IMG/VR virus record: IMGVR_UViG_3300023174_000034
DNA: 64,000 nt
Strand: one strand, 5' to 3'
Source: a virus
Taxonomy: Duplodnaviria > Heunggongvirae > Uroviricota > Caudoviricetes
Under the pieces are notes generated by a model, which made no database searches, was not told the origin of the DNA, and saw nothing but the letters and a program-made list of their open reading frames with translations. Shown piece after piece: positions 45,246-53,409 of the stretch (position 1 is the first letter of the stretch; every line of letters starts with the position of its first letter). The translations under genes and the position numbers were made by a program.

Positions 45246-46539
45246 GTTTACGTAGTGCTTCTAGTTCTGGAAATGTAGCAAAAAAATCTTCATCTCGCAA
45301 TTTATCTAGCTCTGTAGTACGACTAAAGAATGTACTAAGCCAATGGTCATCAACAGTCTGTGCATCCATGAAGCTTAACATACCTCGGTACCCACTGGTG
45401 GCACGAGTTAGTTTGTCCTGCGGTTCCAACCATTTGATATGTTCTTCAATCTTCACACGTATCTGATCTTTTACTTCTTGCGGCAGGCAATCAATGCGGA
45501 ACCAATTTGGGCTTTGCAAAATGTTGATGTTAAAATCGTGTGGTTTGATCAATCCTAATTCAACCCATTCGCGATGAAAGTCTGCAATGTGCATTGCATT
45601 GTATATGCTGACTGTTGCACTAACATAGAAATCCACTTTGGGACAAATCTCTAACATGCGTTGACGATTCTTGACTGTTTCTTCCCAGTCTTGTCCTTTG
45701 CGAATATACTCGCCGCGGGCGCCGCTTGCGTCTAGACTAGCACCAACACTTACCACATCAAATTTCTTCCACAGTTCAAGTACGTCTTGATCTTTGTATG
45801 CCAGCTTGCTGAAGTTTGTGTTATAGATTAGTCGGACATGAAACATTTCACGCTTGACTAATTCGTTGAGCAAACGATAGTGTTCTTCCATGATAAGTGG
45901 TTCACCACCAGCAAAGTAAATTTGGTCCAGATGCGGAATATGCTCTTGCATTTGTTCCCACATGTCTTCATCTGTTTTACCAGCAAACATAATGCGCGGA
46001 TGACCACGATCGCCGTAGAGTTTGACTTCATCGTTGTACCAGTTGCTGGAAAAAATACTTCCACAACTGCGACAACGGAAGTTACACACGTTGGAGAAAC
46101 GAATATCGTAGTAGCGAAGTTTGAAATCTTCTACTGTGCCATCTTCTAATGTGTCGTCTACCAGTGCAATATGTTGTCCAAAGTTTTGACTAGTGCTGTG
46201 GCGCATACTAACAAATCCTGCTTTTTCTTGTTCGTAACACCGACCACACTCTTTGCTGGGTTTGCGATTAAGCATGTTCACACGCATGTCTCGCATGCCT
46301 TGGCTGTTCCAAACTTGTTTCATTGACTGTTCTTTAAGGTTACCAATGGGCATGTTGTATTCGCCCATACAGCAAGGATATGCACGACCATCTGGAAAGG
46401 CGTGCATGTGGATCCAGGGTATCATGCAAAAGTGTGGGTCTGTGGTCAACAGATCTTGATGCCGTTCTGGCATGGCATGTAAATTAGCATGGATAGGAAT
46501 CCTGCTGTTGTAAGTGTAGTCTTTAGGGTATTTGCTCAT
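45229..46539 (-). CDS. radical SAM protein with N-terminal Twitch/SPASM-like domain (3)
   Basis: CMIPW...DG.AYPCC...IGNL...CGRC; CNFRCRSC; GGEP. Confidence 0.88.
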   Translation of the reverse strand: MSKYPKDYTYNSRIPIHANLHAMPERHQDLLTTDPHFCMIPWIHMHAFPDGRAYPCCMGEYNMPIGNLKEQSMKQVWNSQGMRDMRVNMLNRKPSKECGRCYEQEKAGFVSMRHSTSQNFGQHIALVDDTLEDGTVEDFKLRYYDIRFSNVCNFRCRSCGSIFSSNWYNDEVKLYGDRGHPRIMFAGKTDEDMWEQMQEHIPHLDQIYFAGGEPLIMEEHYRLLNELVKREMFHVRLIYNTNFSKLAYKDQDVLELWKKFDVVSVGASLDASGARGEYIRKGQDWEETVKNRQRMLEICPKVDFYVSATVSIYNAMHIADFHREWVELGLIKPHDFNINILQSPNWFRIDCLPQEVKDQIRVKIEEHIKWLEPQDKLTRATSGYRGMLSFMDAQTVDDHWLSTFFSRTTELDKLRDEDFFATFPELEALRKHAPTP

Positions 46540-47860
46540 AGAATTCCTTTAGCTCAGGGAAAGTTTCGATAAAGTTCTTTCCTCTGCGTTGATCATATTG
46601 TGTGTAAAATTGTTTGAAGTCGTTTTGCATCCTGGGCAACTCTGGTCCAGTCACTGGCTCTTGCAAGTAGTCGTGCAGGCGAGTCAGTTGATTGATTTCG
46701 TGTTCGTGCCATAGCTCGCTACCTTTGTGGTTATCCAGGAATGTTGCAATTTCCATTGCATACAGTTTGCGGTCTGCCAGCGAAAGCACGTACACGCCTT
46801 GGAAACTTGGAAAGCGTAAAATGTTAAAGCTCATGCTAGGAAAATCTCTACCATATGTTTTCTTAAGCATCATCATTGTGGTCAAGAAAACAGGCAGGCC
46901 TGGCAAACATAATGCGTTGATTGTACACATAACATGCAGTCCGCGGATGCCACTGGTCGCTAGTTTCTCTACATTTGCCAACCAGGCTTTCCAGTCTAGT
47001 CCATCACGAATGTATTCAGCGTGTAAGCCAACTGCCTCACAACTGGTGTACACGTCTAGTTCAATGCCCTGGGTAGATTCAATCAAGCGGTCCACATCAA
47101 CTTCCCGACCAAGATTTGTGTTGATAGCTAGACGTGTGCTCGAACGTCCTTGGTTTTGTTTGAACCAGTCAATGAGTTGCCAGGTGTGAGCTGACATGAG
47201 TGGCTCTCCTCCGGTGATGCGGAGTTCTGTAAGGGTGCGGTGTAGGTCAGTTTCCCACCACTTGAAAAAAGCCTCCACATACGGATTAGTTTCACCGAAT
47301 TTATAAAGTTGACTACTATCATGAGCATGAGTAAAATGACCGCGCCCGTCTGATACCAGGTTAATGTAGGGTCCGTTTTTACGTATGTCATTAACCCAAG
47401 TACTACTAAAAGCAGGGTTGCAATAAGAACAAGCAAACTGGCAAGTTCTGTCAAAAGCAATTTCCAACGTGCGAAGGTTGAAGTCGGTATAACTTGGTCT
47501 GGCGAATGCAACATTTAGGTCCTCCTCGGAATGTATCACAGTTTTATAAACACGATCGGAAATGGCATCCTTGTTCATGTCTTCGATCTTCCAGCAGTAA
47601 TCGCAGCCTGCTGGGCGTTCACCACGTTGCATCTGTTCACGCTCTTTTTTCTTTTGCGTGGTATTGTGCAATGCGGCAGGGTTAGTTTTAATTTCATCCA
47701 AGTCAATGGCATGTGGTAACGGATGATGACAACTGGTTGTTTGTCCGCTACCCAACCATATGGTAGCATTGTACCACTTGGCTCCACAGAAGCTTGACGA
47801 CTTGATGTCGATTACTCTGCGTTTGTATTCAAGGTCTGTTTCGTTATTCTGTTTCGGCAT
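46523..47860 (-). CDS. radical SAM protein with N-terminal Twitch/SPASM-like domain (2)
   Basis: CGAKW...SCHH...CDYC; CQFACSYC; GGEP. Confidence 0.88.
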   Translation of the reverse strand: MPKQNNETDLEYKRRVIDIKSSSFCGAKWYNATIWLGSGQTTSCHHPLPHAIDLDEIKTNPAALHNTTQKKKEREQMQRGERPAGCDYCWKIEDMNKDAISDRVYKTVIHSEEDLNVAFARPSYTDFNLRTLEIAFDRTCQFACSYCNPAFSSTWVNDIRKNGPYINLVSDGRGHFTHAHDSSQLYKFGETNPYVEAFFKWWETDLHRTLTELRITGGEPLMSAHTWQLIDWFKQNQGRSSTRLAINTNLGREVDVDRLIESTQGIELDVYTSCEAVGLHAEYIRDGLDWKAWLANVEKLATSGIRGLHVMCTINALCLPGLPVFLTTMMMLKKTYGRDFPSMSFNILRFPSFQGVYVLSLADRKLYAMEIATFLDNHKGSELWHEHEINQLTRLHDYLQEPVTGPELPRMQNDFKQFYTQYDQRRGKNFIETFPELKEFYEQIP

Positions 47861-49217
47861 GGTATTTACACAGGCTCCAAAATTCTTTCATCTCACCAAA
47901 TGTTGCCAGGAAGTCAGTAGACCTACGTCTGTCATGTTCTGCAAAGAAACGATAAAAGTCTGCACGATCATGTTTCAATGATGTAGTGTCTTGTGGTTCG
48001 CGCATCCAAGCAAGGTTGCGTTCCATACGTTGTATTTCATAATCCTTGAAGCCAACAAAGCCGTCATCTTTAAGTTCGTTTTCACGCATCCACTCAATGA
48101 CTTTTTCTAGCTTGTAGGCATAGCTCTCGGGCAGGATTTGTAAACTCTGCCAGCGTGGTTGTCTCAGCAGTGGTGTGTCGAACCACACACGTTGATATGT
48201 TCTACTGTGTCTAGCACGTAGTTCAAGAATGTAATCTAACAAGTCTTGTAAGCCTGTGATGTTTAGATTGTTCATTGTGATAATGAATGTAAGGCTGTTC
48301 TTGTACGGAATGTCTGTGAGATAACTATCCACATTGTTCAAGCAACGTTCAAATTCTAATCCATCTCGTAGATATTCAGCTTGGTCGGCCACACCAGTAT
48401 CCAGGCTCACATACTGCATGAAGTGTTCTATTTGTGTGTTACACAGACGTTTGACATAGCCAAGATACTTGTCCATTAGCTTTTGTTCTACACTAAAATT
48501 ACTTGTAACGTCAAGATGTAGATCTGGCTTGGGCAATGCCAACACATAGTCAAATACTCTGTATGTGTTGTAATCCATCAGCGGCTCGCCGCCTGTCATT
48601 CGGAAGTGTTTGAGCCGGGGATAGAGACTAGGCCACCACTCCCAAAATGCGTCAACATAAGGGTTATGCTCTCTGGCAGGAATAGGACGACGGCTACCAG
48701 TAAAATGCTCAGGGGCATTGTGAGGTACACGAGTAGGCCAAGCACCGAAGGTGTTTGTTTCTCCTGCCCATGCACTACTAAACTGTGGACTACAGTAACT
48801 ACATTTAAGATTGCAAGCATGATTAAAATTAACTTCAACATAACTTGGAACGACATCTTCATCTCCTATGGCATTTTTAATTGGATGTAAATATTCGGCG
48901 GCCCAGGGCTCACCGCTACGATAATGCCTGTCACTCAATTGCCCATTGTCCTCGGCTGACCAGCAATAGCTACATTCGTCTGGACGTTCATTCTTCAGCA
49001 TGATCACACGCTGTTGTTTCTTGTATGGCGTATTGTGTAGAGCACTAGGATTGTCTGCCAACAGCTCTGTAGGAATCTTGTGCAGTGGCGGGTGATAGCA
49101 TGAGTTAGTCATGCCTGTTGTTAGGTGCAGACTGACCTGTTGCCATTTGGCCAAACAGAGACTAGGACCCAGTATGTCCTTCATTTCTTCGGCGGCGTAT
49201 TTGAACTCACTGGTCAC
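47844..49217 (-). CDS. radical SAM protein with N-terminal Twitch/SPASM-like domain (1)
   Basis: CLAKW...SCYH...CSYC; CNLKCSYC; GGEP. Confidence 0.88.
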   Translation of the reverse strand: MTSEFKYAAEEMKDILGPSLCLAKWQQVSLHLTTGMTNSCYHPPLHKIPTELLADNPSALHNTPYKKQQRVIMLKNERPDECSYCWSAEDNGQLSDRHYRSGEPWAAEYLHPIKNAIGDEDVVPSYVEVNFNHACNLKCSYCSPQFSSAWAGETNTFGAWPTRVPHNAPEHFTGSRRPIPAREHNPYVDAFWEWWPSLYPRLKHFRMTGGEPLMDYNTYRVFDYVLALPKPDLHLDVTSNFSVEQKLMDKYLGYVKRLCNTQIEHFMQYVSLDTGVADQAEYLRDGLEFERCLNNVDSYLTDIPYKNSLTFIITMNNLNITGLQDLLDYILELRARHSRTYQRVWFDTPLLRQPRWQSLQILPESYAYKLEKVIEWMRENELKDDGFVGFKDYEIQRMERNLAWMREPQDTTSLKHDRADFYRFFAEHDRRRSTDFLATFGEMKEFWSLCKYHAETE

Positions 49218-50121
49218 GTGTCATTATCCCTTTGTTTTGAAAATTGCTTTTGTAATGATGTTTGAAGAACGCACTAGGCTCTGGATCTAGATCTACAATA
49301 TTCAAGTCTAGTTGTTTGCGAAGTTTTTCTCCTAGTTCATTACACTCATCAGGGCCGTGATTTTGATACATAGCCCACATGCGTTCTAGTTCATCAAAGT
49401 CTTGTACCTGTGTGTAGTCCCAGTTGCTTAACATAGTTAAACTGGTTCCACGGCGTGCGCCATAGATGGCCCAGAAGCCATTAGGATCATCTGCGCCAAC
49501 GCTTTGCCATATGGTCAAGTTATCTAGATTACGACTATGCACACGCTGTTTGAAATCACTTAGGCTAGGTCGTGCTCCGCGATCCAGACACATCTTTACA
49601 CCTTCACGGAATCCTGCTCTCCATGCTTGAAAAGGAGTTTGATTGGGATATGTTGTTGAATAACAATCGTGCATGGCCCAGTAGCGTGGATCAAAGCAAA
49701 ACTCTACCTGTGTTTCTGCACGACCATCTGTTGCTTCGTGTGTACGCATGGCGTTGACAAAGTCTTTGGTCCAACAACTTAATCCACCATTGCCATACAT
49801 CAGTCCATTAACCACATTACGTGCTCGCCAGCGAAATACACAATCACGATTGCTGTCGTCCAATTCAAGTTGGAGATTAAAAAAGCCAACATCAGGAATG
49901 TTGTCACCGTCAATAAGAATAAATCTATCAGTGCTACTGGCAGACGCCGCGGCTTTGTGTGCCGCATCACTTCCTTTGATACCGTCAACTCGTTTTGCCC
50001 AAGGAACCATGTTTTTAATTTTGATCCAAAACTCATCTTTTTTAGGCTCGTCGTAGGTCAGGAACACGACATCTAAGTCAGCTATGTCTACTAGTTTTTG
50101 AGTACTGTTTGATTGTGTCAT
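49207..50121 (-). CDS. GT-A-like glycosyltransferase
   Basis: DVVFLTYDEP, HKAAA, FILIDGDN (DxD), NGLMYGNGG, AWRAGFREGVK. Confidence 0.65.
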   Translation of the reverse strand: MTQSNSTQKLVDIADLDVVFLTYDEPKKDEFWIKIKNMVPWAKRVDGIKGSDAAHKAAASASSTDRFILIDGDNIPDVGFFNLQLELDDSNRDCVFRWRARNVVNGLMYGNGGLSCWTKDFVNAMRTHEATDGRAETQVEFCFDPRYWAMHDCYSTTYPNQTPFQAWRAGFREGVKMCLDRGARPSLSDFKQRVHSRNLDNLTIWQSVGADDPNGFWAIYGARRGTSLTMLSNWDYTQVQDFDELERMWAMYQNHGPDECNELGEKLRKQLDLNIVDLDPEPSAFFKHHYKSNFQNKGIMTRDQ

Positions 50122-50461
50122 ATTCTTCCCCTGCCTCTAATAGCAACGCCATATGGTTAGCGACAGCTTGATATTCACCTTCAGAGGTTTGATGTAATTT
50201 TACTATATGTGTCCGTGTTTTGTCAAGTTTTATTAACTTTCCACTGACTATTTTATACTGGGTGACATTACGGGCTTGGTCACTTGTTATGTCAATCCAT
50301 GAGTATTCTAAATCAGGCCAGTCTGGGCCATTGGCCACAGTTACAAAACGGTCAGCATCGTGATACACTCGCCATTGGTCACGTGGGGGATGTTGTGCCA
50401 GCTGTTGCTCTATGACAGCATACTCAAGTATTGCTTGTTCAAATGGCGTTGGCATAGTCAT
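50078..50461 (-). CDS. hypothetical protein
   Basis: 127-aa overlapping ORF. Confidence 0.55.
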   Translation of the reverse strand: MTMPTPFEQAILEYAVIEQQLAQHPPRDQWRVYHDADRFVTVANGPDWPDLEYSWIDITSDQARNVTQYKIVSGKLIKLDKTRTHIVKLHQTSEGEYQAVANHMALLLEAGEEYDTIKQYSKTSRHS

Positions 50462-51248
50462 CTATTATCTGGTCTGTTACCCATTCTTTGTTGTGATAAT
50501 GAACTGGGTATAACTGTTCATGACCATTTATGCGTATGACAGGCGGAACTAGTTCTACATTTAGATCAGCAATACTGCGTGTCTGGATGGCCTGTTTCAT
50601 ATGTACAAAATTAAAAAAATCTGCAGCCGGTAGTGTTACTTTGTCTACTCCAACCAATACTGCTGCCAGTGCAAATACCATGTCATTGCTGCCAGGGTCG
50701 TCGCATCGCACAAGTTCTGTTTGCACTGTTGACCATTGTTGATACAGTTGTTTACACTTGCCAAAGAAATGTGCGGCCAGTTGACTTTTTCGCCAGTACA
50801 TGAGACCAGAGTATGTGTCTGGTAAATCGTTGGCATCAAATGTTTTTCTGTATGCACGACTAGTTGCACAGCGGCCCCGATAGTCTCTACATCCCAGGCT
50901 AAGAACAACATCACGATGTTCTAACATTCGCCACCAGTGCGAGATACTGCAAGTAAACAGCAGGTCTGATTCAACTTTGATTGTTTGTGTAAACGGACTT
51001 AGTGCAAACAACTGCCAGTCGTTGCGCTGTTTCCACTCTTGATCTTTTGCCCAATCAATTGGCAGTACTATAATATAGTCAAACACCACACGTTGTTTGT
51101 CTGTTAGTTTATCTGCGCTTGATTGGTCTGTTACCAGCGCATAAGGTAAATCAGGATTGGTCAGTTTCAAGCTCAACCTTTGCAAATATGCAAGACGTAT
51201 ATAGTCAGTGGACTCATTGTTTTGCGCCATGCAAATCACGCCTCGCAT
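50439..51248 (-). CDS. GT-A-like (GT8-type) glycosyltransferase
   Basis: LSPFTQTIKVESDLLF, YSGLMYW, NDMVFALA, HYH. Confidence 0.6.
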   Translation of the reverse strand: MRGVICMAQNNESTDYIRLAYLQRLSLKLTNPDLPYALVTDQSSADKLTDKQRVVFDYIIVLPIDWAKDQEWKQRNDWQLFALSPFTQTIKVESDLLFTCSISHWWRMLEHRDVVLSLGCRDYRGRCATSRAYRKTFDANDLPDTYSGLMYWRKSQLAAHFFGKCKQLYQQWSTVQTELVRCDDPGSNDMVFALAAVLVGVDKVTLPAADFFNFVHMKQAIQTRSIADLNVELVPPVIRINGHEQLYPVHYHNKEWVTDQIIDDYANAI

Positions 51249-51988
51249 ATAAACTTCTCCAGCTTAGTGCTTTGTAACCATTCCTTGCTCATCACATGCA
51301 GATCTGTACGTGGCAATACCAGTGCATTGTCTTGTGTTCGTACTGTGATCCAATCCTTGTTGATTTGAACATCTGTCAGTGCTTGATCTGCTGTGACAAT
51401 TCCAAACGGCATGTTTGTTGCGCTACTACGATTGTATCCACCAATGATAATTTCTGCCATGGCAAAAGCATAGTCGTTACGAAAACGCAATTCAACAATG
51501 CCAAACAACACACGATAGTATTCCCAGTTGCGCTGTATGCGCCCTACCAGTTCAAAGAACAATCTTGTGCGTTCAGTTTTGCGAAAATAAAAAACTGTGG
51601 CCCACACAGGAGTAAGTGCAGTAACATCCAGTGTGGGACGGAATAACATTTCGTTTTTATGACAAAGTAGCAGGTCTTGTGTGCTGTCAAATAAATTTAG
51701 TAACCGTTGGGTGGTGATCAAATAGTCAACATCAATTACCAGCGTTTGTTCAAAAGGTGACAGTTCCCAGGCCTGGTAACGATTGAAGTTGTTCCATACC
51801 ACTGTTTTTTGTTGATCAACGTCAAATCGTGTGTTACGCCAGTTGTCTTGTTTTTGCCCAATCACCAAATGCACAGGTAGTCCTAGAGACTTTGATGCCA
51901 ATTGTAAAGTTTTGTTAGCTATACGTTCGTAGTCCACTGTGGGACTGTTATTGGCAAAGGCCAGTATGCCTTTAGATTTTTCTGACAC
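51236..51988 (-). CDS. GT-A-like (GT8-type) glycosyltransferase, paralog of the preceding gene
   Basis: LSPFEQTLVIDVDYLI (DxD), WATVFYF, RNDYAFAMA, HVMSK; GTG start inferred. Confidence 0.6.
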   Translation of the reverse strand: MSEKSKGILAFANNSPTVDYERIANKTLQLASKSLGLPVHLVIGQKQDNWRNTRFDVDQQKTVVWNNFNRYQAWELSPFEQTLVIDVDYLITTQRLLNLFDSTQDLLLCHKNEMLFRPTLDVTALTPVWATVFYFRKTERTRLFFELVGRIQRNWEYYRVLFGIVELRFRNDYAFAMAEIIIGGYNRSSATNMPFGIVTADQALTDVQINKDWITVRTQDNALVLPRTDLHVMSKEWLQSTKLEKFICEA

Positions 51989-52283
51989 GCTGAAGTTCTT
52001 CATGTAAGCCATGCCATCTATTTAGGACTCGTTGATATTGTTGTTTACATTTTTCGAGCAATGCTGTGCGGTTGCAGTGTATAGGATTACCGTATTGATC
52101 TTCTACAAACAGCTCATCGTCTGTCCATGCGTTTAGAAAACCAATCAGTTCAGGAGTTACAATAAACAAGCCATCATTATGATGTACCACAAGGTCAGCT
52201 TTTGTTTGCTCTCGTAACAGAGTACGATTGCGTTGAATGTCTGTGGCTTGTTTTATTTCAAGTGCAAGTGCAGTTAGGGTCAT
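51972..52283 (-). CDS. hypothetical protein
   Basis: 103 aa, first gene after the structural block. Confidence 0.6.
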   Translation of the reverse strand: MTLTALALEIKQATDIQRNRTLLREQTKADLVVHHNDGLFIVTPELIGFLNAWTDDELFVEDQYGNPIHCNRTALLEKCKQQYQRVLNRWHGLHEELQRVRKI

Positions 52284-52319
52284 ACTAGTACTTATTTTGC
52301 ACTAGCACGAGTCCTAAAA

Positions 52320-53408
52320 TTAAGGCGACTGAGCGATTAGTGCAATAGATCCAACTGTTGGATTAGACCATGTTTTAGTAACTGTTGCCCCTGCGCCTGA
52401 CTGATCGATCAAGTCAATTGCTATCCCGGTTCGAACATCAAGATTATCTGTGTTCCAGGCAGGCAATGCACCGGTACTACCAAATCCTGATGATATTCTA
52501 AACACAATTACAATGCTTTTACCAACTGCTCCGTTATCAAGGCCGTTGCCTGTTACATCTGCGCGATAGGCATAAACCGTGATGAAACTGTCTGAATATG
52601 CGCCACTTCCAAGTGAGTTCGATCCCAGCTGTAGTGAACTGGTTCCCAAGGTCCAATATCCTTTACCTGCACCTGTATTACTGCCCGAATCATTGCCAGC
52701 AAAACCAGTGTTGTTGTATGCAGAGATATAACATTCGCCTATACCATTGATAGTACTCACAAGAGCCGCTGATCGATCATTTGCTGGGCTACCAATGGTA
52801 GATCCAGCAAAACTTATTCTTAGTTGGCCGCCGGCGTTAAAGAACCAGCGAGCGTGATCTCCAGTGGGCCAGGATATTTTGCAACTGTACTCTCTCATGA
52901 CAGTACCAGCGTAAGTTGCAGTGTTCAAGTCCACAGTTCTGGTTGCGCTAACTGATGTAGTAGCTATTCCAAAAGTTGGAACTGGGCTGTCAAACCAAAC
53001 ATTGGCAGAAGTCATTTTGGCTGCAACAGAAGCAAATGTTGAGATAGTTCGTCCTTGAGCCGGAGTCGGACTCATTGAAAGATTGCCGGTTGCGCCTTCC
53101 TGGTAATATCTCATGCGATTCAATGCTGAAAAGAAGCCAATCCACGACTGTGCTTCAACAAGATCGCCTGTGTTGACTGGTTGTAGTTTGCCTTTTCGAT
53201 CAGACAGCACAGCCGAAACTGGGTTCTGTGGCAGTCCTGGAATTTCTAAACTTTCCATGTCCTGATTCAGACCTCGATTGGCTTTTCCTGGTCCCCATAT
53301 GTAGTTGATATTGTTACCTACAACAACTCCATTGTTGCCCGTTGGATCTCCCCAAACAAAGTTGTTGTAGTCTTCGTTGTCGATCAGTGAACCAGTTAGA
53401 TACGTCAT
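52320..53408 (-). CDS. virion structural/tail-associated protein
   Basis: G/S/T-rich, ARWFFNAGGQLRISF, located in the tail operon. Confidence 0.6.
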   Translation of the reverse strand: MTYLTGSLIDNEDYNNFVWGDPTGNNGVVVGNNINYIWGPGKANRGLNQDMESLEIPGLPQNPVSAVLSDRKGKLQPVNTGDLVEAQSWIGFFSALNRMRYYQEGATGNLSMSPTPAQGRTISTFASVAAKMTSANVWFDSPVPTFGIATTSVSATRTVDLNTATYAGTVMREYSCKISWPTGDHARWFFNAGGQLRISFAGSTIGSPANDRSAALVSTINGIGECYISAYNNTGFAGNDSGSNTGAGKGYWTLGTSSLQLGSNSLGSGAYSDSFITVYAYRADVTGNGLDNGAVGKSIVIVFRISSGFGSTGALPAWNTDNLDVRTGIAIDLIDQSGAGATVTKTWSNPTVGSIALIAQSP

Positions 53409-53409
53409 G

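Noticed and set aside
42752-49217. RiPP cluster interpretation of the radical SAM array
   Set aside because: No precursor peptide, recognition element or transporter is visible, and the neighbours are glycosyltransferases.
52021-52318. 12-bp inverted repeat TTTAGGACTCGT around the 103-aa ORF, as possible mobile or invertible element ends
   Set aside because: One copy lies inside the coding sequence and no recombinase is seen; chance is plausible.
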